64,000 nt of DNA. Source: Patescibacteria group bacterium. GTDB lineage: Bacteria > Patescibacteriota > Minisyncoccia > Phycocordibacterales > Phycocordibacteraceae. The first letter of the stretch is position 1, and the number at the start of each line of letters is the position of its first letter. Of the stretch, positions 1 to 9,327 are shown one piece after another. The stretch is taken from the NCBI GenBank assembly GCA_019752595.1, contig JAIELV010000001.1:184486-248485 (forward strand), read 5' to 3'. Below the pieces are notes generated by a model. It had not been told where the DNA came from and did not search any database. It worked only from the letters and a program-made list of their open reading frames with translations. Position numbers and translations under genes: made by a program.

Positions 1-306
1 GAGACTGGTGAGAGTTACAGAGGAAGTGTGTACGGTCGTATGAGTTGGGACAAGCCGGCTCCTACGATGACTACGCAGTGTACAGGGTTAGGAAATGGAA
101 GATACGGCCATCCAGTTCAAGACAGAGCCATATCTCTCAGAGAAGCAGCATTTTTCCAAACCTTTGGAAAAGACTATAAATTTGTTGCGCCTGACCAGAA
201 GTTAATTGTGAAACAGATCTCTCGTTTTATTGGGAACGCGGTTCCCGTAAGAGGAGGAGAAGTGATCGCAGAGAGTATCCGAAGGCACCTCAACCTTGTG
301 CCCTAA
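1..306 (+). CDS. DNA (cytosine-5)-methyltransferase, C-terminal part (runs off the 5' window edge)
   Basis: Frame is open from base 1. C5-MTase motif IX (RAISLREAAFFQTF) and motif X (IGNAVP), preceded by YGRMSWDKPAPTMTT. Confidence 0.9.
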   Translation, partial: ETGESYRGSVYGRMSWDKPAPTMTTQCTGLGNGRYGHPVQDRAISLREAAFFQTFGKDYKFVAPDQKLIVKQISRFIGNAVPVRGGEVIAESIRRHLNLVP

Positions 307-2201
307 GTTGATACAAGTGAGTTTAGTTTCGTTTTATTTGCAGATTCAGATTGTGGCCTGTAGCCCAGTTTTTCGGATACAAAAATCATCCTTTCAACAA
401 ACTTGTCAAACTCCAGCGGGTCCATTCTGATATCTCCACTCGTATCTAAATAAGTTGATTGCCATAACTTTGCTACGTCTAGAGGGGCTTCAGGTCTGTG
501 GCCTTTTACATTGAAGATTAAATGAATGCTTTGTGCTACCCACCCAGCCCCAACTTCTGCAACTGGATTCCATTCCTTTGCCATTCTCTCGCTCGTAACA
601 TATAGGACGAGTATTTTTTCATTGGAAATGCTATCGATAAAGAACGAACGAAGATAGTCAAAAAGGCTTTCGTCTATCGGGAGACGCGATTCTCTAGATC
701 CACTGGTATAAAGGATTACGTCTTCAGGTATGTTATTAAAAACGAGCATTTGAAAAATTAAGTCGGCTAAAGGCTTATCAAGTCCGGAATGACTGATTAA
801 TACTTTCTTCTTGTTGGAATCTACCGTGTTTTTTAATTTCAGAATCTTGCGCGACTCATCTAGTTTCCTAACAACACGTAGGGTCATTTCTTCTTTGGAA
901 AGGTTCTCATTTTTCAAGACCTCACGGACAATTTTAGTGGCAGTTAAATTACTGAAATTATCCACGGTTTCTCGCAACTTCTGCTCTTGTCTTTTTTGTC
1001 GTTCGAGTTTCTCTTTATCCTTTTGTTCGTTTTTAAAACCAACCCACTTGTTTCTCAATTCAATTAGCTCTGGCAATAATTTGTCTCTTATTATTTCTGT
1101 AGCCTTGATATACCTAGGATCGTCAGATTTATAACCCTGTCTGTTGCTGAGTGCCATATCAGGTAGCTCCGTTTCTTCAAAAAGATCAATGTGCAGCTGA
1201 CCCACAACATACACTTCCTGGAGTTTATTTTTACCCGCAATAGGGAGAATATTATATTCACCCATCTTTCCATTTGATAAAAGCGAAATAAAATTGTCAG
1301 GAAAGTCGCCTTTATGTTTTTTCCTATCTTTCGTAGTCTTATAGATACCAAGCCACCCTTCTATCTTGAGGTCATAATCTCGCGTTTCTAGATTTATTGT
1401 CTTCAACGAGAGGGGAATAGAGATAGGGTCCGCTTGCTTCAAGAGATCTTTCAAAACTCGATATTTTTTTTGCGGAAGTTCAGGATCAAAGTACTTTGAA
1501 AGACTTTTATATTTATGTCCAAAGGTCATTAGGCCGCCAAGTTGTTTTACTATCTCGGTATCGAAACTTTTAATTGTTACAGCATCATTGCTCGGTGTCT
1601 CTATGTGAATTTGGAAGTCTTTGCTTATAAGGGGAAATATTTTCACCACGTTAGCTTTAATAACTTGAGGATCTGAAGGAAAGTCGTATTCGGGGTCTCG
1701 CATCACAATTGACGTACCATGTGTTGATATTTTATCGAACTTAATGTCTTCCTGATTGATAGGTATAAGACGTTTACTAGAAGGAACCTTACGAGGAAGA
1801 ATAAATCCCGACCTCTGCTCGTTTTTGATAGTTTTCACAAGCACCTCTTTTGATACTGCTAAAGCAGCCAATTTACCGATACCTTTTCTTCCAAGCCGAC
1901 GGCGGGTTTTACTCGAACCCTTAACGTACACGTCGCCACTGCTGGTCCTCGTTTCTTCAGCGACCCTTAAGTAGTGATCTGTATCACCGTCGTCATAAGA
2001 CATTCCGAAACCATCATCTTCCACTATTATTTCATTGCTTCTTTTAATAATGTAAATGTTTTTTGCATTAGCATCATAAGCATTCGCAATAAGTTCGGCG
2101 AGTACGTAATATATATTGGTGTATAAACTTGGGCCAAGTAGTTCAAGAATCCCTGGCTCAATGCTAATCGGGTATATTCGATCTTCTGATTTAGGAGTCA
2201 C
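303..2201 (-). CDS. GHKL (MORC/HgiDII-like) ATPase fused to a coiled coil and a C-terminal TIR-like domain
   Basis: GHKL motifs ELIANAYDA, DDGFGM, GRKGIGKLA, HGT. The C-terminus KKVLISHSGLDKPLADLI...LYVTS...WNPVAEVGAGW follows the TIR_2 pattern. Convergent 4-bp overlap with the MTase. Confidence 0.8.
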   Translation of the reverse strand: MTPKSEDRIYPISIEPGILELLGPSLYTNIYYVLAELIANAYDANAKNIYIIKRSNEIIVEDDGFGMSYDDGDTDHYLRVAEETRTSSGDVYVKGSSKTRRRLGRKGIGKLAALAVSKEVLVKTIKNEQRSGFILPRKVPSSKRLIPINQEDIKFDKISTHGTSIVMRDPEYDFPSDPQVIKANVVKIFPLISKDFQIHIETPSNDAVTIKSFDTEIVKQLGGLMTFGHKYKSLSKYFDPELPQKKYRVLKDLLKQADPISIPLSLKTINLETRDYDLKIEGWLGIYKTTKDRKKHKGDFPDNFISLLSNGKMGEYNILPIAGKNKLQEVYVVGQLHIDLFEETELPDMALSNRQGYKSDDPRYIKATEIIRDKLLPELIELRNKWVGFKNEQKDKEKLERQKRQEQKLRETVDNFSNLTATKIVREVLKNENLSKEEMTLRVVRKLDESRKILKLKNTVDSNKKKVLISHSGLDKPLADLIFQMLVFNNIPEDVILYTSGSRESRLPIDESLFDYLRSFFIDSISNEKILVLYVTSERMAKEWNPVAEVGAGWVAQSIHLIFNVKGHRPEAPLDVAKLWQSTYLDTSGDIRMDPLEFDKFVERMIFVSEKLGYRPQSESANKTKLNSLVST

Positions 2202-2559
2202 TTATTAACTCTACGCCCTTCATCAAGTACCGCAAGTTATGCGGGGAACTGAAGAGGGGATATGCAATGGTGGCATAAACGTAAATAGGTGGACCATAAC
2301 CCCCCCGGTTCTAAGTTTCGTGTGGGGCCTCCAAAAAAACGCGTGGGCTTTCCAAAAGTAGCACCAAAAATACTGTACGTTCGTTTGATTTTCTCACCCC
2401 CGATTGGGTGAGTGTTTCAAGAGTGTGTCATTAATAAGTAGGGAGAAGGGCTTTCAGGTCCCTGTCTCCCTACGAAGATACTTCGCACAATATATCTTTT
2501 GCGAAGTAATATAGGCAAGGATACAGGGGCTTTTCGCCCCCTGCATCTACCTCGTCTTT

Positions 2560-2832
2560 CTAGACTCCTCGTAGACCTATTGATGTTCCTGGAATGTTCT
2601 CGCGGTTGATTACGCGTACGCTTGCCCAAAATGCCTGACGTGGAGTCTGATTCCTTTTGTTTTGTGAGATAAAGTCTGGAAATTCTGTACCAGTTAGATC
2701 AAATACAGGCTCTCCGTTCAATTCGCCGTCGTAGTCTACCTGTAGGCATCCATTTATGTACCAAACCTTTACTGGAGTTCCGTCTCGCAATTTTCCTGGA
2801 AATGTTATCGCTAGAAGTTTTTCTTTTGTCAT
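2560..2832 (-). CDS. hypothetical protein (about 90 aa, MTKEKLL...)
   Basis: ORF track. Minus-strand TTGACA-N17-TACAGT ends 8 nt before the ATG at 2832. Confidence 0.55.
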   Translation of the reverse strand: MTKEKLLAITFPGKLRDGTPVKVWYINGCLQVDYDGELNGEPVFDLTGTEFPDFISQNKRNQTPRQAFWASVRVINRENIPGTSIGLRGV

Positions 2833-2966
2833 GGCTTGCAACTGTATTTCTTATTGCAGTTCTTGTCAAAGAATTTCGTGGTTTTTTGTACGTCAGAGGA
2901 TGTTATTTTCTTTTGTCCACACCCATATATTGCATAAATTTAAAACAATGGTCTAATATACTGAGC

Positions 2967-3260
2967 ATGGTAAACACCAGACTTTCAGAAGTAGGTCCCG
3001 CCACTCCCCGTCTACTCGATAAAATGCGCGAGGAGCTTGAGGGACTGTCTAATCAAACAGGCATCATTGCGCGTCGCGTGTCGGCCGTTACGCGTGTGCG
3101 TGGCATCAGAAACGCACACATAGGGCGTTTAGGTGCTATTTTCTTCACTACCAACAAGTTCGGCAAGGTTATTTTCTTCCCCAAAGGTGGGCGGATGCTT
3201 TTACACGCTCTCTTTGTCGATCCCGTGCCTGCGCGCTCAATTCAGAGTTCGCGATTGTGA
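2967..3260 (+). CDS. hypothetical protein (MVNTRLSEV...)
   Basis: Internal ATG of ORF 2802..3260, with TATACT 4 nt upstream. Confidence 0.45.
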   Translation: MVNTRLSEVGPATPRLLDKMREELEGLSNQTGIIARRVSAVTRVRGIRNAHIGRLGAIFFTTNKFGKVIFFPKGGRMLLHALFVDPVPARSIQSSRL

Positions 3261-3262
3261 AC

Positions 3263-3484
3263 TCACGCTTTCTTTTCCTCCGTCACGCACAACCTACAGG
3301 TCTTTTTATGTTCGAGCAACAGATACACCGCTGATAATGCTACGAGTACGTACATAATTTTAGACATTGAGGCGTCCATACCGCCAAACAGATTACCCAG
3401 CTCCCAGCCTGTTACTGCAAGTAAGCCCCAATTCAGGGCTCCTATAACGACTAAAACGAACGCTACTGTGTGTACGTATTTCAT
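3263..3484 (-). CDS. DUF378 family small membrane protein
   Basis: Signature LVVIGALNWGL and YVLVALSAVY; two TM helices. Confidence 0.85.
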   Translation of the reverse strand: MKYVHTVAFVLVVIGALNWGLLAVTGWELGNLFGGMDASMSKIMYVLVALSAVYLLLEHKKTCRLCVTEEKKA

Positions 3485-3500
3485 ATACGCATAGGATATC

Positions 3501-3525
3501 AAAAAACCTCGTCTCCGAGGTTTTT
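3501..3525. terminator. intrinsic terminator (bidirectional type)
   Basis: aaaaaacctcg-tctc-cgaggttttt hairpin with A/T tails. Confidence 0.7.
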
Positions 3526-3546
3526 ATACAGGTACTCTTGTTTTAA

Positions 3547-3750
3547 TTAATCCGCGTTTCTGCCTACGGCGTCTGCGAATGCATCAAACGAATGCGATAC
3601 AAGCGTTGTGCCAAGTTGCGCATTCTGATTAAGAATGTCACTGAGAATAAGTGTTGCGGCATGTGCAGTGTCTACACCGCCAAGCTCACGAGCTTCAGCA
3701 ACAATTTTCACAACAACATCAGGCGTCAATGCAATTTTTTCTGTAGCCAT
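3547..3750 (-). CDS. hypothetical protein (67 aa)
   Basis: ORF track. TTGACT...TAATCT promoter just upstream and a terminator downstream. Confidence 0.55.
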   Translation of the reverse strand: MATEKIALTPDVVVKIVAEARELGGVDTAHAATLILSDILNQNAQLGTTLVSHSFDAFADAVGRNAD

Positions 3751-3800
3751 ATAGGTTAGATTAACACGGACTTAAAATAAGTCAATAGTAGAGCCGTATT

Positions 3801-5171
3801 CTAGAGATATTTCAACGGATCAAGGTACGCATCCGTTGGCGCCACAGGAATTGTGGCGTTTGCGCAATTTGTTTTTGCTTTCACGTCGCCGTAACGCACA
3901 ACTTTAACCGCATCCGATACATAGAGCGTAAAGTGCAGGTGCGGGCCCGTAGCGTAGCCTGTTTTACCTGAATAGCCGATTAAACCTCCGCGTGATACTG
4001 CCTCCCCCTTTGTAACGCTAATTACCGAAAGGTGGGCGTAGAGCGTGGAGAGGCCGTTTGTATGCTTTACCAGAACCCATTTACCGTACGAATAGCAGCC
4101 TTTATACGCGTCTGTGTTCCCTGTCGCAGTTACTTCACCAGGGAGGGCAGAAACTATTTTAGTGCCCGTTGGAGTGCCGAAATCGATGCCGTTGTGGTCT
4201 TTTCCGTTATATGCGCCTGATTGTGCGAACGAAGTGTTGCCATAATACTGAGTAATGCAGTAGTTGTTTTTAAACGTACTGTAGCGGTCTTTGCACTTCG
4301 CCATAAACGCAGAGTCGACAGGGAAACTCAACACGCCACTCCCCGCTTTCGGAATTGATGTAGGGTCAAGGTTAAATTGAAGCGCAGCTTCGTAATCACC
4401 TAACTGTTTTTCAAACTCCAGTTTCGCAGCCTGTTTTTCGGCAAGAAGAGTTTGGAACTCTGATTCTTTGTTTTTTGTATCTGCTAGAAGGTTTGCCTGT
4501 TCTTTGCGGTTTTGATCCAATACTAATTTTTGATTCGCCAGTTCGCGTTTAAGGTTTTTCAGTTGATTTTGTTTCTTTTGGGTTTCGGTTAAATCGAGCG
4601 TGAGTTCTTGTTTCGTATCAAGAAGGTTATCAATCTGCGCGCGAAGTTTTTCTTGTACGATTCGCTCGCGGTCTGCAGTAGTCCACGCGTTCTCTAAACC
4701 GTTTGCCGTCAGCAAGTGTTCAACAAGTGTTGTTTCGCCAATTTTATAAATATTTTGAAATGCAAGATTAACCGCTTCCTTCCCAGCGTTGATACTTTTT
4801 TCTTTTTGACTGATTTCACCACCAAGTTCTTTAATCTCGAGGCTTGCTTCCGTAATCCTGTTTTCAGTAACAGAAATATCCGTACCGATTTTTTTGCGAG
4901 AAACGTCAATGCGCTTCACCTCGCTCTCTAATGTTGATTTTGCCGAGCCGATAACCACCAACTGGCGCTCATATTCGGCAATTTCTTTTTCAAGCTGAGC
5001 TATTTTTGCGTTTTGAGTGGCAATCCTTGCTGCTATTTCTTCAGCTGTTTCGGCTAGAGTATTTGTAGGTAATGTAAAAAGTGCACCCAGAACGAGGAGT
5101 GCAACTATACAAAGAGGCGCAATCCTATGAAAGCGAATCGATAGCACGGTTGATGCGCTTTTCAGTTTCAT
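3801..5171 (-). CDS. M23 family peptidoglycan DD-endopeptidase with long coiled coil (EnvC-like); start uncertain
   Basis: Signal/TM segment, coiled coil, M23 motifs HNGIDFG, YAHLS, TGPHLHF. Confidence 0.9.
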   Translation of the reverse strand: MKLKSASTVLSIRFHRIAPLCIVALLVLGALFTLPTNTLAETAEEIAARIATQNAKIAQLEKEIAEYERQLVVIGSAKSTLESEVKRIDVSRKKIGTDISVTENRITEASLEIKELGGEISQKEKSINAGKEAVNLAFQNIYKIGETTLVEHLLTANGLENAWTTADRERIVQEKLRAQIDNLLDTKQELTLDLTETQKKQNQLKNLKRELANQKLVLDQNRKEQANLLADTKNKESEFQTLLAEKQAAKLEFEKQLGDYEAALQFNLDPTSIPKAGSGVLSFPVDSAFMAKCKDRYSTFKNNYCITQYYGNTSFAQSGAYNGKDHNGIDFGTPTGTKIVSALPGEVTATGNTDAYKGCYSYGKWVLVKHTNGLSTLYAHLSVISVTKGEAVSRGGLIGYSGKTGYATGPHLHFTLYVSDAVKVVRYGDVKAKTNCANATIPVAPTDAYLDPLKYL

Positions 5172-6567
5172 CTTTCCCTATAATACCTGCAATAGTAAAC
5201 GGATCAGGAGACTTTTCCTTACCAGAGAGGGCAAAGCGCAATGGCCACAGCACATTTCCCCTCCCTTCAGCCTCTGCGTACTCCCATACAGCGTTTTTGA
5301 CCGTCTCGGCTGTCCAACTTCCCTCTTGAACTGCCTGCAGGCGTGTGAGAGCTTCTGTAAGGCGAGAAGCGGTACCTGTAGCATCGGCGTTTTTTGGAAT
5401 GAGTTTTACCACCTCTACGTTTGGTGTTTCGGCAAAGTACAACCATTCTCCAGCAGAATCCATCTCTGTCAGATCTTTAAACACCTGAATGCGCTCGTGC
5501 ATTATCGGCACCAATTTTTCAAGCACTCCTTTTGTTTCAAGCGCTGCGCATGTGTCGGAAGACAGAAACTTTTTTGCGTACTGTATAAATTCAGTTTCAG
5601 GAAGTTTTAAAATGTGTTCGCGGTTAAACCATTTTAGCTTCTCTTCATTCAAAATCCCGCCGTGGGTTTGAATTTGATCAATAGAAAATACTTGCACCAG
5701 CTCTTCTTGTGAAAATATTTCTTTCTCACCCCCAGGATTCCAGCCAATAAGCGCTAAGAAATTTACAATTCCTGCAGGTAGGTATCCTTCAGTTCGGTAC
5801 TCAAGAATGTCTTTTGCGCCATCACGCTTGCCGAGTTTCTTTTTCCCGTCCGCACCCAAAATCGGTGGAAGTGTGACAAACACTGGATATGGAATACCTA
5901 ACGCATCATAGAGCGAGAGAAATTTTGGCGTAGACGCAATAAATTCATCAGCCCGAAACACGTGGGTCACGCCCATGTGCAAGTCGTCAATGATGTGTGC
6001 GAAGTTGTAGGTTGGATATCCATCACCCTTAATAAGAATAAAATCGTCGAGTGCCTCTTCTCCAGCCTCAAGTTCTCCGCGAACCGCATCATTCCACTTG
6101 TATCTCTTGATTTCTGGTACACGAAAGCGAAGTGGTTTTTTCCCATCCCACGTTTCAATTTTTTCTGGACGGTGATTTCTATACAAAAACGGGCGTCTTT
6201 CTTCCTCTGCTTTTTTTCGAAACGCTTCAACTTCTGCTTCTGTGTAGGGATCGGGGTACGCGTGACCTTTTGCAATCAGTTCATGCGCAGCCTTCACATA
6301 GGTATCCAAACGCTGAGATTGAATAGCCGAACCAAAAGGGTTTTTCTTGTCAGGGCCGTAATCCCAATCAAGGCCAAGCCACTGCAAGGATTCCTGAATA
6401 TGTTCAAGCGAGCCCGCCACTTCGCGCGCTTTGTCGGTGTCTTCGATGCGCAAAATAAATGTACCGTTTGTTTTACGTGCAATAAGCCACGCAAAAAGGG
6501 CGGTTCTGATTCCACCGATGTGCATGAATCCCGTCGGAGACGGTGCAAAACGCGTAACGACTTTCAT
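5125..6567 (-). CDS. gltX: glutamate--tRNA ligase
   Basis: TRFAPSPTGFMHIGG (HIGH), LRIEDTD, KLGKR (KMSKS equivalent). Confidence 0.97.
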   Translation of the reverse strand: MKVVTRFAPSPTGFMHIGGIRTALFAWLIARKTNGTFILRIEDTDKAREVAGSLEHIQESLQWLGLDWDYGPDKKNPFGSAIQSQRLDTYVKAAHELIAKGHAYPDPYTEAEVEAFRKKAEEERRPFLYRNHRPEKIETWDGKKPLRFRVPEIKRYKWNDAVRGELEAGEEALDDFILIKGDGYPTYNFAHIIDDLHMGVTHVFRADEFIASTPKFLSLYDALGIPYPVFVTLPPILGADGKKKLGKRDGAKDILEYRTEGYLPAGIVNFLALIGWNPGGEKEIFSQEELVQVFSIDQIQTHGGILNEEKLKWFNREHILKLPETEFIQYAKKFLSSDTCAALETKGVLEKLVPIMHERIQVFKDLTEMDSAGEWLYFAETPNVEVVKLIPKNADATGTASRLTEALTRLQAVQEGSWTAETVKNAVWEYAEAEGRGNVLWPLRFALSGKEKSPDPFTIAGIIGKDETEKRINRAIDSLS

Positions 6568-6591
6568 TCGCTACAGTGTACAACCTTCGCT

Positions 6592-6999
6592 TTAATCCTG
6601 GAATTGCGGAACTGAGAGTTTTCTTGGTCGTTTCAGGGCATATATTGTTCCTTCAGGTGAACCCGCAGTAACATAGGCAAGAGAAAGTAAAAAACCTGTG
6701 AAAAAGAATTGTGGGTATATCTTGTCTGAAACTCGCACATACAAATCGCCGTATTCTGCATATTCCATATAGTCGTCCTTCACTCGCCGTGCTTTATCTG
6801 CTGCTGCCGCTTCTTGGGGAGAGAGTTTCCCTTTTTCGCGCTTCCTATTTGCAATATGAATTGCTTCCAGTAATCGACCCTGTCTCCACCCGACAACCGT
6901 CCAATCCCAAGGAGCTCTTTCGCCGTTTATGACGCGTTTGAATGTTTTTTCCGCCGAATCCGCATTATTCCGTAAACCTTTTTCAAGGTTGATAATCAT
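6592..6999 (-). CDS. hypothetical protein
   Basis: ORF track. The ATG at 6999 has TATAAT 6 nt upstream. Confidence 0.55.
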   Translation of the reverse strand: MIINLEKGLRNNADSAEKTFKRVINGERAPWDWTVVGWRQGRLLEAIHIANRKREKGKLSPQEAAAADKARRVKDDYMEYAEYGDLYVRVSDKIYPQFFFTGFLLSLAYVTAGSPEGTIYALKRPRKLSVPQFQD

Positions 7000-7036
7000 T
7001 AAAACATTATAACACGGCATTGCTAAAAAAGCAATG

Positions 7037-8176
7037 TTACTGTTCGTGTTGCAAAGAAGTGTCTACGAGTGCGTTTGCAAGCATTTTTGCTGCATCTTTC
7101 TTCGCAAATTTCTTTGCCGCTTCAGCCAAATCATTTCGAGCTTTCGGGTTGGTGAACAAGCGATCTATTTCTGAAAGCATGACGTGTGGGGTCAAATTCC
7201 CCTGCTCGAGAACCACTGTGGCACCCGTTCGCGCAAATGCAAATGCGTTTGAGCGTTGGTCGCGAGATACGTCCTCAGGAATGGGCACTAAAATCGACGC
7301 TTTGCCCCACGCGCTGATTTCCGCAATCGAGCCCGAGCCAGCGCGGGCGATAACCAAATCAGCAGCACCCGCCGCCATTTTCATAGCCAAAGGGGTGAGG
7401 TATCCGTAGGGCTTGTAGTGGTATCTGCGTTCGTTTTTTTCAAGAATAACGCGTGCGGTTGAAGAAACGGATTCAAAATGCGCTTGCCCTGTTTGGTGAA
7501 TCACTTGATAGCGCTGTACCAAGTCAGGTAAAGCTTCAAGAACGGTATTATTCAACACTTCAGCGCCCAAGGAACCTCCGAGAATCAAAAGAACAGGCAC
7601 ATTGTTTTCGAGTTCGAGAAATTCATGCGAACCATCGCGCGCAGGGTTCATTAAATCTCTCCTGATGGGGTTTCCTGTGAGTGCAATTTTGCCACGCACT
7701 TTTTCAGGAAAATACTGAAGTGCTTCGTCGTATGAAATAGCAATACGTTTTGCAAATGGCGCTGCCATTAATGTCGAACGCCCAGGAATCGCATCCGAGT
7801 CGTGAGCGATTATTGGGATGTTTAGAATGCGTGCAGCAATAACGGTCGGCACTGAGCCGTAACCGCCTTTTGAGAAAACCACACTCGGGAAAATAGCGTA
7901 GAGCTTGAATACGGTATCTAAAATTCCCCACGCGGTTGTGAAGATGTCAAAGAAATTCATGAGCGAGAAATATCGACGCATTTTGCCTGCAGGTGTCTGC
8001 ACGAACGTAATACCGTTTTCGTAGAGCGCACGTTCGTCAAAGGCGTTCGGGCCGAAATAGTAGAGTTCAGGCTCCAAAAGCTTCCTCTCTTTTTCTATGT
8101 CGTGCAGTGCTTCAGCAACCGCTATGATCGGGTAAAAGTGTCCTCCAGTTCCTCCTCCAGTAAATACGATTTTCAT
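7037..8176 (-). CDS. murG: undecaprenyl-PP-MurNAc-pentapeptide N-acetylglucosamine transferase
   Basis: GGGTGGHFYP, SKGGYGS, TGNPIR, GGSLGA, RAGSGSIAE. Confidence 0.97.
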   Translation of the reverse strand: MKIVFTGGGTGGHFYPIIAVAEALHDIEKERKLLEPELYYFGPNAFDERALYENGITFVQTPAGKMRRYFSLMNFFDIFTTAWGILDTVFKLYAIFPSVVFSKGGYGSVPTVIAARILNIPIIAHDSDAIPGRSTLMAAPFAKRIAISYDEALQYFPEKVRGKIALTGNPIRRDLMNPARDGSHEFLELENNVPVLLILGGSLGAEVLNNTVLEALPDLVQRYQVIHQTGQAHFESVSSTARVILEKNERRYHYKPYGYLTPLAMKMAAGAADLVIARAGSGSIAEISAWGKASILVPIPEDVSRDQRSNAFAFARTGATVVLEQGNLTPHVMLSEIDRLFTNPKARNDLAEAAKKFAKKDAAKMLANALVDTSLQHEQ

Positions 8177-8220
8177 TGCTTTTCAGGGCATTTTAGCACT
8201 TTCCTGGGGTTGTGGCTCTG

Positions 8221-9321
8221 TTATGTATGCACGCTTCGAGAAACTGAGAGCAGTATGCCCGCTGCTCCCATTGATGCCAAAAGCGCACTCCCCCCATGCG
8301 AGACGAACACGAGAGGAAGTCCTGAGAGCGGAAATACGCCAAGCATCGCGGCTATATTCAGATACGATTCAGAAACAATCAGAACCACAATGCCAAGCGC
8401 CAAAAGACCACCGAAAACATCGGGAGCGCGGGCAGCAATCCAAAAACCGCGTAGCGCAAACACTAGGTACGCAATAACTAACGCAGAAGCACCTACAAAT
8501 CCTGCTTCTTCAGCGAACACAGAAAAGATTGAATCGGATGTGGGTTCAGGAAGTTTTCCAAATTTTTGCACACTTTGTCCAAAGCCTCTCCCAAAAATTT
8601 CTCCCGCGCCGACCGCCATAAGCGATTGCTGAATTTGGTATCCCGTTCCTTGCGGGTCGAGCCCAGGGTTTAAGAAACTCGTAATTCGATCTGCAACATA
8701 CGGACGAAAAGTGATCACGATAATGCCCGCAATCACGCCCAAGAGAACAATAATAGCGAGGTCACGTACTTTTGCTCCAGAGGCTGCAAACATTGCAAGT
8801 CCCGAGAGCGCGATAATCATAAACGTGTCGGTGTCTGGCTGAAGCAGAAGCGTTGCCCCCACGATTCCTGTGATGACGAGAAATGGCAAAAGTCCGTACC
8901 GCATCTCCCCTATTTTTGACTTTGCACCTGAAAGCCATGTAGCCAAATACAGCAGATAGCCAATTTTCAAAAATTCCGCAGGTTGCACCGTAAAGATTCC
9001 GAGGTCAATCCAGCGTCTGGCGCCGTTCAATTCAAGTCCGAGAGGTGTGAATACTAAAAAGCAAAGCGCGAGAGAACTTAAAAATAGGTACAGAGAAACA
9101 CCTCGCCAAAACCGATAGTGAATCGCAAGGCATATAAGAAAGACTACGGTACCGCCACCTAAGCCCAAGACCAGCTGGTTTCTTGCAACGTTCCCGAATT
9201 CAGGACCGCTTCCAGCCAAGAGACCAAGCGAGGCGGAGAGAAAAATTAAAAATCCTCCTACGATAAGGAGAATGATGGTAGAAAAAAGTATACGGTCCGA
9301 ATGTCCGCGCCCCTTAGTCAT
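8221..9321 (-). CDS. ftsW: SEDS peptidoglycan polymerase FtsW
   Basis: NGARRWI, QPAEFLK, LLQPD, GYQIQQS, LPEPTSDSIF; lies between mraY and murG. Confidence 0.93.
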   Translation of the reverse strand: MTKGRGHSDRILFSTIILLIVGGFLIFLSASLGLLAGSGPEFGNVARNQLVLGLGGGTVVFLICLAIHYRFWRGVSLYLFLSSLALCFLVFTPLGLELNGARRWIDLGIFTVQPAEFLKIGYLLYLATWLSGAKSKIGEMRYGLLPFLVITGIVGATLLLQPDTDTFMIIALSGLAMFAASGAKVRDLAIIVLLGVIAGIIVITFRPYVADRITSFLNPGLDPQGTGYQIQQSLMAVGAGEIFGRGFGQSVQKFGKLPEPTSDSIFSVFAEEAGFVGASALVIAYLVFALRGFWIAARAPDVFGGLLALGIVVLIVSESYLNIAAMLGVFPLSGLPLVFVSHGGSALLASMGAAGILLSVSRSVHT

Positions 9322-9327
9322 GATCTC

